Assembly (NCBI GenBank): GCA_016777845.1
Contig: JADHQS010000001.1
Coordinates: 3,573-67,572 of the forward strand
Source: Candidatus Actinomarina sp.
GTDB lineage: Bacteria > Actinomycetota > Acidimicrobiia > Actinomarinales > Actinomarinaceae
Length of the DNA: 64,000 bases
Direction: 5' to 3'
Shown here: one piece after another, positions 35,572 through 46,129 of the stretch
Layout of the letters: every line of letters begins with the position of its first letter
Position numbering within the stretch: the stretch's first letter is position 1
Notes under the pieces: generated by a model
Database searches by the model: none
What the model was told of the DNA's origin: nothing
The model's input: the letters and a program-made list of their open reading frames with translations, nothing else
Made by a program: the position numbers and the translations under genes

Positions 35572-36565
35572 TGACCAAATAATTCTTGGATTTGAAACAT
35601 CATGTGATGAAACAGCTATTGCGATATTAAAAGGTGATGAGTTATTAGTAAATACAATTTCATCACAAGTAGATATACATGAAAAATTTGGAGGTGTAGT
35701 TCCTGAAGTTGCTTCAAGAGCACATGCTGAAATGATAAGAAATATATTCCATTCTTCATTAAATAGTGCAAATTTACAAATTTCAGATATTGACATAGTT
35801 TCAACTACAGATGGCCCTGGCCTCGTTGGAAGTCTTGTAGTAGGATATAATTTTGCTAAGTCAGTAGCTTGGTCCATAGATAAACCATTTTTCACTGTTG
35901 ACCACATGGTAGGACATTTGGCAGCACCATTAATTGAAAATAGAACAATGAAACCTCCATTTATGACACTTTTAGTTTCAGGTGGCCATACACAAATTGT
36001 ACTTGTAGAAGAGTGGGGTAATTACCAATTATTAGGTACAACGATAGATGATGCAGCGGGAGAAGCTTTTGACAAATTATCTAGGTTTTGTGGATTCGGT
36101 TTTCCAGGAGGTCCAGCAATTCAAAAAATTGGTGAAGGTGGAGATCCTAATAAAATAAACCTTCCTCGGCCCAAAACAAAGCATGAATACAACTATTCAT
36201 TTTCAGGCTTAAAAACTGCCGCAACAAACTTTTTGAATAACCTAGATCCAAATGACAAAGTAACAAAAGCTGACTTTGCTGCATCTTACCAAGAGGCTAT
36301 TGTTGATTCATTATTATCAAATTTTGTCAAAGCAGTCAATGAAACAGGCGTTAAAAATATTTCTGGAGGTGGTGGAGTGATGGCTAATTCAAGACTAAGA
36401 GAAAAAATGAATATTTTTGCAGTAGATAATAATCTTAATATTTACTTACCAACACCAAAATTATCAACTGATAATGCAGCAATGATTTGTGTAGCTGCCC
36501 AAAATAATTTAATAACAAACGAGATAAATGCTGATGATGTCCGTTTAAGTTCAATAATTGCTTAA
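35564..36565 (+). CDS. tsaD: tRNA N6-adenosine threonylcarbamoyltransferase
   Basis: MLDDQIILGFETSCDET from ATG 35564; Kae1/TsaD family with HMVGH metal site. Confidence 0.92.
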   Translation: MLDDQIILGFETSCDETAIAILKGDELLVNTISSQVDIHEKFGGVVPEVASRAHAEMIRNIFHSSLNSANLQISDIDIVSTTDGPGLVGSLVVGYNFAKSVAWSIDKPFFTVDHMVGHLAAPLIENRTMKPPFMTLLVSGGHTQIVLVEEWGNYQLLGTTIDDAAGEAFDKLSRFCGFGFPGGPAIQKIGEGGDPNKINLPRPKTKHEYNYSFSGLKTAATNFLNNLDPNDKVTKADFAASYQEAIVDSLLSNFVKAVNETGVKNISGGGGVMANSRLREKMNIFAVDNNLNIYLPTPKLSTDNAAMICVAAQNNLITNEINADDVRLSSIIA

Positions 36566-36646
36566 TTTTTAAATAATTTATTTACATATATAAACAAGAC
36601 AGTATTAAATTCACAATGTAGATATTTATTTAGGAGGTAAATATAT

Positions 36647-36940
36647 ATGAATCTTCAACCATTAGGAGACAGAGTTGTAGTAAAACCTTTGTCAGAAGAA
36701 GACAGTAAGACCCCATCAGGGATCTATATACCTGATACTGCGAAAGAAAAACCACAAGAGGGTGAAGTTGTAGCAGTTGGTCCAGGAGAGCCAAATGATA
36801 GTGGCGAAAAAATTAAACCAGATGTTGAAAAAGGCGACAAAGTCGTTTACTCAAAATATGGTGGTACGGAAATTAAAGTTGAAGGCATAGAGTATCTTAT
36901 TCTTTCAAGTAGAGATATTCTTGCAAAAGTTAGTAAATAA
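36647..36940 (+). CDS. groES: co-chaperonin GroES
   Basis: 97 aa Cpn10. Confidence 0.95.
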   Translation: MNLQPLGDRVVVKPLSEEDSKTPSGIYIPDTAKEKPQEGEVVAVGPGEPNDSGEKIKPDVEKGDKVVYSKYGGTEIKVEGIEYLILSSRDILAKVSK

Positions 36941-38581
<1,641 letters not shown>

Positions 38582-38602
38582 TTAATTTACATCTAAGAAT
38601 TA

Positions 38603-38634
38603 AAAAAGAGTGGACATCAGTCCACTCTTTTTAT
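38603..38634 (+). terminator. Rho-independent terminator after groEL
   Basis: AGAGUGGA-CAUCAG-UCCACUCU, 8-bp stem plus U-run. Confidence 0.8.
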
Positions 38635-38650
38635 ATAGTAAACAAATATT

Positions 38651-38995
38651 ATGAAAAGCATACGTGGAGCAATTGCAGTTGTAGAAAACAATGAAGAAAG
38701 CATTATGTCTTCTTCAAAAAAACTTATTAATGAAATTCTAATTAATAATGCAATAACTGAAAATAATATTGAATTTGTTATTTTTACAGTAACTTCCGAC
38801 ATTACTGAAGCTTTTCCAGCAAAAGCATTTCGAGAGCTTGGAATGACATCTATTGCCGCAATAGATACTCTTGCACCAAATATAAATAGTGACCTTTCAG
38901 GGTGCATTCGCATATTGATCTACCTAAATAAAGATTTAGAAGAAATTAATCATGTTTATTTAGAAGATGCCAAAAAGTTAAGACCTGATAGATAA
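38651..38995 (+). CDS. aroH: chorismate mutase, AroH class
   Basis: 114 aa; aligns along full length to the Bacillus AroH pattern (IRGA..V, AFPAKA.REL, CIR, HVYL....LRPD). Confidence 0.85.
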   Translation: MKSIRGAIAVVENNEESIMSSSKKLINEILINNAITENNIEFVIFTVTSDITEAFPAKAFRELGMTSIAAIDTLAPNINSDLSGCIRILIYLNKDLEEINHVYLEDAKKLRPDR

Positions 38996-39038
38996 AAATT
39001 TATTTGCAAAGCTAAATAGTCTGCTAACATATTTGTTA

Positions 39039-39083
39039 ATGAAATTAAATAACGCATATTTTTACTTTAGAGAGCACATATAG
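39039..39083 (+). CDS. candidate aromatic-amino-acid attenuator leader peptide MKLNNAYFYFREHI
   Basis: 14 codons with tandem Tyr-Phe-Tyr-Phe; lies between aroH and the DAHP synthase gene, immediately upstream of an intrinsic terminator; weak SD. Confidence 0.55.
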   Translation: MKLNNAYFYFREHI

Positions 39084-39106
39084 GTCGCCCTAAAGTACGT
39101 TGTGTG

Positions 39107-39138
39107 AAATCGGGCAAAAGCCCGATTTTTTTATTTTG
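39107..39138 (+). terminator. attenuator/terminator hairpin AAAUCGGGC-AAAA-GCCCGAUUU + U-run in aro operon leader
   Basis: 9-bp stem, tetraloop, U7 tract; ends 1 nt before GAGGAGG RBS of DAHP synthase. Confidence 0.7.
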
Positions 39139-39151
39139 AGGAGGAAAAAAA

Positions 39152-40165
39152 TTGATAGTAGTAATGAAGCAGTCTCATACAGAAGAAGATATTGAGAAAG
39201 TAAAACAAAAAGCAATACAGCAAGGACACGAACCACTAGTTATTAACGGTGTTGAAAGAAGTGTTGTTGCTGTTAGTGGAAAAGTAAATGACGATCATAG
39301 AGCCGTTATGAAGCTTTTACCGAATGTAAGTAGAGTTATTCCAGTAGGAAAACCATATAAACTTGCAAGCAAAAACTACAAAAAGGAAAATTCCATAATT
39401 CAAATACAAAATTTAACTATTGGTGGTGATGAAATCGCAATTATTGCTGGTCCAGATAGCGCAGAGACACAGGAACAAACAATTGAAACTGCAATGGCTG
39501 CAAAGGATGCAGGATCAAATGGTTTGAGAGGTGGTGCATTTAAACCAAGAACTTCACCATATAGTTTCCAGGGATTGGGCGAAGATGGATTAAAAATGCT
39601 AAAGGAGGCCTCCGAAATTACTTCATTACCTCTTTTTAGTGAAATTATGGATGCTCAACATTTGTCAATGATGGAAAAATATGTAGACGTTTTACAAATT
39701 GGTGCAAGAAACATGCAAAATTTTAAACTCCTCGAAGCTGTTGGTGAATCAGAGTTGCCTGTATTGTTAAAACGAGGGATGTCTGCAACATTGGATGAGT
39801 TATTACTTGCAAGTGAATACATCTTATCCAGAGGAAATGAGAATGTTATGTTGTGTGAAAGAGGGATTAGAACATACGAGACAGCCACAAGGAATACATT
39901 TGATATAAATGCTATTCCTTTTTTGAAGCAGAACAGTCATTTACCTGTAATTGCTGACCCTAGTCATGCGACAGGCGACAATACTTTAGTTGAACCAGTT
40001 GCTTTAGCGGCTATAGCTGCCGGGGCTGATGGATTATTAATTGAAATTCATCCAAGGCCGGATGAAGCTTTATGTGATGGTCCACAAGCATTACTACCTA
40101 GCGAATTAGAAACTTTGATAAACAAAGCATCGATTGTCGCAAAGGCGGTTGGAAGGTCACTTTAA
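39152..40165 (+). CDS. 3-deoxy-D-arabino-heptulosonate-7-phosphate synthase, type I-beta with N-terminal ferredoxin-like regulatory domain
   Basis: 337 aa; about 70-aa N-terminal extension then KDO8P/DAHP synthase TIM barrel (GxRNMQNF, KRG, ADPSHATG); TTG start 7 nt after GAGGAGG. Confidence 0.85.
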   Translation: MIVVMKQSHTEEDIEKVKQKAIQQGHEPLVINGVERSVVAVSGKVNDDHRAVMKLLPNVSRVIPVGKPYKLASKNYKKENSIIQIQNLTIGGDEIAIIAGPDSAETQEQTIETAMAAKDAGSNGLRGGAFKPRTSPYSFQGLGEDGLKMLKEASEITSLPLFSEIMDAQHLSMMEKYVDVLQIGARNMQNFKLLEAVGESELPVLLKRGMSATLDELLLASEYILSRGNENVMLCERGIRTYETATRNTFDINAIPFLKQNSHLPVIADPSHATGDNTLVEPVALAAIAAGADGLLIEIHPRPDEALCDGPQALLPSELETLINKASIVAKAVGRSL

Positions 40166-41001
40166 TGCTAAAAAAAGTTCATATTATTGGTCTTGGTTTA
40201 ATGGGAACTAATTTGGGAATCAAGTTGGTTAATAGTGGCATTAAAGTTAGCGGATCTGATATTTCAGAAAAAAATGTAGGACGCGCAAAAGATTTTGGTG
40301 CTATTTCGTTGAAACATAAAGAATCAATAGATTATGATCTTACTGTTCTGGCTACACCCATAAATGAAATTATCAACTATTTTGATTCGAAATTATCTTT
40401 GAAAACAAAAGCTATTGTTGACCTGGGAGGTACAAAAGAGCTTATATGTAAAAAAATGGATACATCTACGATTCCTTCAATAGGTGGACATCCATTATGT
40501 GGTATTGCTGATAATAGTACGTGGGTACCGACTCCTGAAATGTATGAAGGTGCACCATTTTTGCTATGTGAAACAAAATCAACAGATAAACAAAGCAAAG
40601 CACTAGTTTCAGAATTTGTACGAGCTATTGACTCCAAAGAAATATGGATTGATCAATCTAAACACGACGAGTTAATTTCTTTGACTAGTCACTTGCCGCA
40701 TATTCTAAGTTCCGCCTTAGTGTCGCTTGCTATGAAAGAGCAGGATTTAAACGAATTGATAAATTTAGCTTCAGGTGGTTTTGATGGAGCTACTCGTCTA
40801 TCTAGGACTTCACCAAATATGATTTCTGATATGTACTTAACAAATGTTGACAATGTCAAAGATTTAATAGATAAATTAATATCAGAACTTGAAAAAATTA
40901 AAAAAATTAATGACGAAAAAATTATGTTAGATTATTTGTCAGATACTGTTGATTGGCGTAGGGCGCTAGCAGATAAATTTGGAGAAAGAGACCTCACATA
41001 G
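40165..41001 (+). CDS. tyrA: prephenate (arogenate) dehydrogenase
   Basis: 278 aa; N-terminal Rossmann IIGLGLMG, PDH catalytic-domain HxPH region (SHLPHIL). Confidence 0.8.
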   Translation: MLKKVHIIGLGLMGTNLGIKLVNSGIKVSGSDISEKNVGRAKDFGAISLKHKESIDYDLTVLATPINEIINYFDSKLSLKTKAIVDLGGTKELICKKMDTSTIPSIGGHPLCGIADNSTWVPTPEMYEGAPFLLCETKSTDKQSKALVSEFVRAIDSKEIWIDQSKHDELISLTSHLPHILSSALVSLAMKEQDLNELINLASGGFDGATRLSRTSPNMISDMYLTNVDNVKDLIDKLISELEKIKKINDEKIMLDYLSDTVDWRRALADKFGERDLT

Positions 41002-42269
41002 TGAAAATCCAAGGATCTTTAAGTATTATTGGTGACAAATCTCTTTCTCATAGAGCAGTAATTCTCTGTTCTTTAGCAACTGGAGTTTCAAATATTAAAA
41101 ATATTTTATTGTCAGGAGATACTAAAGCTACGATACAAATTTTTAGACAATTAGGTGTAGAAATAAATGAAACAAAGAACAATGAAGTGGAGATTCACGG
41201 AGTAGGGTTACATGGCTTAAAACAACCTAAAGATTCACTTGATGCAGTAAATTCTGGTACAACTGCAAGGCTTCTTATAGGTCTACTGTCAAAACAAAAT
41301 TTCAGCACTGAATTAACCGGTAGTTCTCAATTAATCAAACGCCCAATGAAGAGAGTAGTTAGGCCGCTCAATGAAAAGGGTGCTGATATAAAAGATTCCA
41401 ATGGTAAATTACCAATTAAATTTGAACCAAAAGATTATAAATTTGAAAGTATTCATTCAGATAAACCGAGTGCACAAGTTAAAAGTGGATTTCTTCTTGC
41501 ATCACTATATCATGATGAATTCCCTACGACTGTTACTGAAGAGTTGCCAACAAGAGATCACACTGAACGAATGTTAAATTTAATGGGAGTAAATACCGTT
41601 AGACTTGGTAATTCTATAACATTAGAGCCTGTACAAAGCCTTAGAAGTATGGATTATATTGTTCCTGGAGATCCTTCTTCAGCAGCTTTTTTGATAGCAC
41701 TTGGGCTAATGAAAAGTAAAAAATTAATCATCAAAGATGTTTTACTTAATGAGAGAAGAATTGGATTCCTTAAGATATTAAAGAGAATGAACGCAAAAAT
41801 TACAATCGAAAATTTAGAAATCAAAAATAATGAATCAGTAGGAGATATACATGTTTCAAAATCTAATCTCTCTGCTATCAAGGTTAGTAAAGAAGATGTA
41901 TCTGACATGGTAGATGAATTTCCAATATTTACCCTTTTAGCAACTCAAGCAAAGGGATTAACTACCGTTAGTGGTGCAGGCGAGTTGAGACTAAAAGAAT
42001 CAGACCGTATAGAATCTATGGAAAAATTTATTAAAACTCTTGGTGGAGAAATAGAGGTTAACCCTGATGGGTTTAAAGTTAACGGTCCTCAAAATCTCAA
42101 ATCAGGACAAATTAAAACTTTTGAGGACCACAGAATAGCTATGACTGGTGTAATTGCAAACCTAGCAATTAATGATGGAATTAAACCAGATAACATAAAT
42201 TGTATTTCAGATTCATACCCTAGTTTTTTTTCAGATCTTGAAAAAATTGGAGCAAATTATGACAATTAG
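41001..42269 (+). CDS. aroA: 3-phosphoshikimate 1-carboxyvinyltransferase (EPSP synthase)
   Basis: 422 aa; GDKSLSHR, EPSPS fold-length. Confidence 0.9.
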   Translation: MKIQGSLSIIGDKSLSHRAVILCSLATGVSNIKNILLSGDTKATIQIFRQLGVEINETKNNEVEIHGVGLHGLKQPKDSLDAVNSGTTARLLIGLLSKQNFSTELTGSSQLIKRPMKRVVRPLNEKGADIKDSNGKLPIKFEPKDYKFESIHSDKPSAQVKSGFLLASLYHDEFPTTVTEELPTRDHTERMLNLMGVNTVRLGNSITLEPVQSLRSMDYIVPGDPSSAAFLIALGLMKSKKLIIKDVLLNERRIGFLKILKRMNAKITIENLEIKNNESVGDIHVSKSNLSAIKVSKEDVSDMVDEFPIFTLLATQAKGLTTVSGAGELRLKESDRIESMEKFIKTLGGEIEVNPDGFKVNGPQNLKSGQIKTFEDHRIAMTGVIANLAINDGIKPDNINCISDSYPSFFSDLEKIGANYDN

Positions 42270-43053
42270 ATTAGGGATAATTGGTTGGCCATTAATAAAG
42301 ACATTTTCTCCAAATATACATCAAACTCTCTCTGAGATTTCGAATATTGATGTTACTTATAAAAAATTACCAATTGAAAATTTTACTTTAGATATCTTTG
42401 AAAGTTTAAATAATAATTTTGATGGATATAACGTAACAATTCCTCATAAAGAAAACATTTATAACTTATCTAAAGAATTAAAAAATGTTTCGAGGTCATT
42501 AGCAGTTGATAATATTAAAGCTGTAAATACCGTAAAAGTAGATGACAATATTGTTTCATTATTAAACACAGATGTGGATGGTATTAATCAAACTTTTGAA
42601 TTTTTAAATTTTGATATTAATGACAAACATGTTCTTATTCTTGGTAGTGGAGGAAGTGCTCAAACTGCACAGTATACGTTATCAGAAAATAATAAGGTTT
42701 ACATAGTGTCTAGAAATAAAAAGTATGGAGACTTAATTTATTCAGATCTTAATGAGATTTCTGGTGATATTGACGTCATTATAAATACTACGCCACTTGG
42801 AATGCCACCATATGAAAACGAAAAACTTCCAATAAGTCTTCTAAATTTCTCAAAATTAGAATTGTTCTATAACTTTGGATATGGCGTATCAAAGAAATTA
42901 ACAAGTGAACTTCCTAAAAATGTAATATCAATTGATGGAACAATAATGTTAATTGCTCAAGCAATTTCATCGTTTAACATATGGACAGGACAAAGTATAA
43001 AGTTTAACGAAGCTTACAAGGAAATATTAGAAAGGATAAATCATGAAAATTAA
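42259..43053 (+). CDS. aroE: shikimate dehydrogenase
   Basis: ATG 42259 gives MTIRLGIIGWPL...; GSGGSA NADP site. Confidence 0.85.
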   Translation: MTIRLGIIGWPLIKTFSPNIHQTLSEISNIDVTYKKLPIENFTLDIFESLNNNFDGYNVTIPHKENIYNLSKELKNVSRSLAVDNIKAVNTVKVDDNIVSLLNTDVDGINQTFEFLNFDINDKHVLILGSGGSAQTAQYTLSENNKVYIVSRNKKYGDLIYSDLNEISGDIDVIINTTPLGMPPYENEKLPISLLNFSKLELFYNFGYGVSKKLTSELPKNVISIDGTIMLIAQAISSFNIWTGQSIKFNEAYKEILERINHEN

Positions 43054-44224
43054 ATATTTGACTGCTGGTGAGAGTCATGGACCAGAATTAACAGCAATTA
43101 TAGAAGGCATTCCATCAAATTTTGAAGTAAGTAAAAGTTATATTGACGAGTTTCTAGCAAGAAGGCAAAAATCTTTAGGTTCTGGCGGAAGAATGAATAT
43201 TGAACAAGATGAGGTTTTAATTACTTCTGGTGTCATTAATAATATATCAACTGGTGGTCCGATAGCAATAAAGATAATCAATAAAGACTGGAAAAATTGG
43301 AAGGATAAAGAAATAGAACCTTTCGTAGTTCCTCGTCCAGGACATGCTGACTTAGTCGGGACATTTAAGTATCAACATAATGATATAAGACTTACACTTG
43401 AAAGAGCAAGTGCTCGTGAAACTGCAATTAGATGTGCAATTGGAGCTATCTGTCATCAAATTTTAAATCAACTTGGAGTTGAAGTTGTTGGTTATGTTTC
43501 ATCTATTGGCGAGCAAAAGTTAGAAGATATTAATTTAGAAGACATAGGTCAAATTAAAAAACTTGTTGATGAATCTGAAGTTTCCTGTCCAGATAAGGAA
43601 ACAAGTGAATTAATGATAAATGAAATTTTAAAGGCAAGAAAGAAAAAAGACACTTTAGGTGGCTCTATAACATTAGTTGCAAAAAATTTTCCTGCAGGTT
43701 GCGGTAGCTATGTTCATTTTGATAGAAAGCTAGATGCAAAACTTGCCTCATCAATGATGTCTGTACAGAGCGTTAAAGCAGTTGAGATTGGAAGTGGTAT
43801 AGAGGCATCTAAAGATTTTGGTACTACAGTACAAGATCAAATAGTTTTAAACGAACAAAATGTTGAACGAATTACAAATAATTTAGGTGGATTTGAGGGA
43901 GGCATGTCAACTGGAGAGCCTATTATGATAACTTCTTATTTAAAACCTATAAGTACAACTTTGACTCCCATAAAGAGCATTGACTTGGCATCACAGAAAG
44001 AGACAGAAACTACCTATGAAAGGTCTGACACCTGTGCTGTCCCTAGAGCTGTACCTATTTTTGAAAGTGTAATATCTATAGATCTTTTAAATTCCCTGAT
44101 TGAAAATACAGGCGGAGATAATAAAGAAGTAATTTTTAAACGAATTAATGAAATAAAAGACATAACTCTTGATAGTTTTAATCTGGCTAATAAAACATGG
44201 TCCATGAAATATGAAAATGAATAA
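43043..44224 (+). CDS. aroC: chorismate synthase
   Basis: 393 aa; AGESHGPELTAIIEG, RPGHAD. Confidence 0.92.
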   Translation: MKIKYLTAGESHGPELTAIIEGIPSNFEVSKSYIDEFLARRQKSLGSGGRMNIEQDEVLITSGVINNISTGGPIAIKIINKDWKNWKDKEIEPFVVPRPGHADLVGTFKYQHNDIRLTLERASARETAIRCAIGAICHQILNQLGVEVVGYVSSIGEQKLEDINLEDIGQIKKLVDESEVSCPDKETSELMINEILKARKKKDTLGGSITLVAKNFPAGCGSYVHFDRKLDAKLASSMMSVQSVKAVEIGSGIEASKDFGTTVQDQIVLNEQNVERITNNLGGFEGGMSTGEPIMITSYLKPISTTLTPIKSIDLASQKETETTYERSDTCAVPRAVPIFESVISIDLLNSLIENTGGDNKEVIFKRINEIKDITLDSFNLANKTWSMKYENE

Positions 44225-44711
44225 TTCATTTTATTTATGTGGGTTTATGGGTGTTGGTAAAACTACGATTTTAAACAACATTAAAGAACAAACTAAATAT
44301 AGGTGTATTGATTTGGATGAAAGTATAGAGAATAAGTTTGGTCAAATAGAAAATATTTTTGAAGAAAAAGGAGAGACTTTTTTTAGGGAAATTGAAGAAA
44401 AAGAATTTTTTGCAAATCAAAACAAATTTGATTTAATTTCTTTAGGTGGTGGTGTGATAGAAAATGACAATATTTTTGAGAATTTACTTAAAAGTCACAA
44501 AACCATTTATTTAAGTCTTAACTTTGAAAGCCTTTGGGAAAGAATTAAAAACAGCAACAGGCCATTAATTAGTAACGGAAGAGAAGTTCTTGAAAGTAGA
44601 TATAAAAACAGAATAAAAAGATACGAAATGATGGAATATAAAATTTCCAATGAAAATGTAAAAGATACTACAAGTAAAGTATTAGAAATAATGGAAACTC
44701 AAAATGCCTAA
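44211..44711 (+). CDS. aroK: shikimate kinase
   Basis: 166 aa; P-loop GFMGVGKTT. Confidence 0.88.
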   Translation: MKMNNSFYLCGFMGVGKTTILNNIKEQTKYRCIDLDESIENKFGQIENIFEEKGETFFREIEEKEFFANQNKFDLISLGGGVIENDNIFENLLKSHKTIYLSLNFESLWERIKNSNRPLISNGREVLESRYKNRIKRYEMMEYKISNENVKDTTSKVLEIMETQNA

Positions 44712-45696
44712 AAATATTTACTTAAACCGAACTGAAGAATTAATCAAACATATTAATGGAGAATTATCAAATGAGAGCTTAATTATTTTGGACTCTGCTC
44801 TCGAGCAATTTCAATTACATAACAACTTTAATGCAAGCCATGTTTATCTAGAAGTATCTGAAGAAACAAAGAATTTAGAAACAATTGAAAAAATTTGGGA
44901 AATAATGTTTTTATCAAATTTAAATAGGTCACATGAAGTAGTAATTATTGGAGGTGGGGTTATGCTCGATCTCTGCTCTTTTGCTGCAAGTACATACAAA
45001 AGGGGTGTTGCCTTCACATTAGTTCCGTCTACTTTATTAGCTATGGTTGATGCATCTCATGGAGGGAAAAACGGTTTTAATAATGTTCATGGAAAAAACC
45101 AGATTGGAACTTTTAATTTGCCAAAGAGTGTTGTTGTGTGTTTTGAACTTCTTAACACATTGAAAGATAATGATTATAAAGATGGATTAATTGAGCTTGT
45201 AAAACATGGACTAATTGGAAGTAGAGAAATATTTAATGAATTGGTTTTTACAGAAAATTTCAAAATAGATACTAAGACAATCAAAAAAGGAATACAGATC
45301 AAAGAAGATATCGTAAAAGAAGATTACTTAGAAACTGGAAAAAGGAAATATTTAAATTTTGGACACACAATTGGCCACTTAATCGAGCAAGATTCGAAGT
45401 TCAATTTATCACACGGTGAAGCAGTCGCTATAGGAATAATTTATGAACTCGAACTGTCAAAGAAACATTTTGGATTACCACAAGAGGTAATTGATTTATA
45501 TATATCGTATCTAGAAAAACTTAATTTCAAGAAATCATATAAATTTGAAAACAATATCGATTACTTATTAGAAATCTTAAAAGATGATAAAAAAAGCAAA
45601 TCTGATTCTGTAGATATTGTTTTATTGTCAGATATATCACAACCTAATTTAATTAGTATAAGTTTTGATGAATTGATTGAGGTGATTCAAAATTAA
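44704..45696 (+). CDS. aroB: 3-dehydroquinate synthase
   Basis: 330 aa; GGGVMLDL, metal-binding HG..HLIE / HGEAV. Confidence 0.9.
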   Translation: MPKNIYLNRTEELIKHINGELSNESLIILDSALEQFQLHNNFNASHVYLEVSEETKNLETIEKIWEIMFLSNLNRSHEVVIIGGGVMLDLCSFAASTYKRGVAFTLVPSTLLAMVDASHGGKNGFNNVHGKNQIGTFNLPKSVVVCFELLNTLKDNDYKDGLIELVKHGLIGSREIFNELVFTENFKIDTKTIKKGIQIKEDIVKEDYLETGKRKYLNFGHTIGHLIEQDSKFNLSHGEAVAIGIIYELELSKKHFGLPQEVIDLYISYLEKLNFKKSYKFENNIDYLLEILKDDKKSKSDSVDIVLLSDISQPNLISISFDELIEVIQN

Positions 45697-46129
45697 AAAT
45701 ATATACATTATCAATGGTCCCAATCTTAATTTTTTAGGTATTAGAGAAATTACACAATACGGCTCCACAAGTTATGATGAGTTAAAAAATTTAGTAAATT
45801 CTGAAGCTAAAAAGTTAAAAATCAAAACTGATTTTTTTCAATCAAATATTGAAGGCGAAATTGTAAATTATATACAAAATCTAGTTAATAATGAAAATAC
45901 ATGGATTGTGATTAACCCTGGTGCGTACACACATACAAGTATTGCAATAAGAGACGCTTTGCAGACTTACTCACAAAACAATGAAATAGTTGAAGTTCAT
46001 ATTTCAGATATAAATCAAAGAGAGCAATTTAGAAAAATAAACTTAATTTCTGATATTTGCAATAAATCAATTATTGGAAGAGGTGTGCAGGGATATATAG
46101 AAGCACTGGAGTATATTAATGAACAGTAA
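45692..46129 (+). CDS. aroQ: 3-dehydroquinate dehydratase, type II (start codon non-canonical/uncertain)
   Basis: In-frame translation from 45692 gives (I)KNIYIINGPNLNFLGIREITQYG...WIVINPGAYTHTSIAIRDAL, a full-length type II DHQase; no ATG/GTG/TTG between upstream in-frame TGA (45683) and residue about 72. Confidence 0.8.
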   Translation: MKNIYIINGPNLNFLGIREITQYGSTSYDELKNLVNSEAKKLKIKTDFFQSNIEGEIVNYIQNLVNNENTWIVINPGAYTHTSIAIRDALQTYSQNNEIVEVHISDINQREQFRKINLISDICNKSIIGRGVQGYIEALEYINEQ

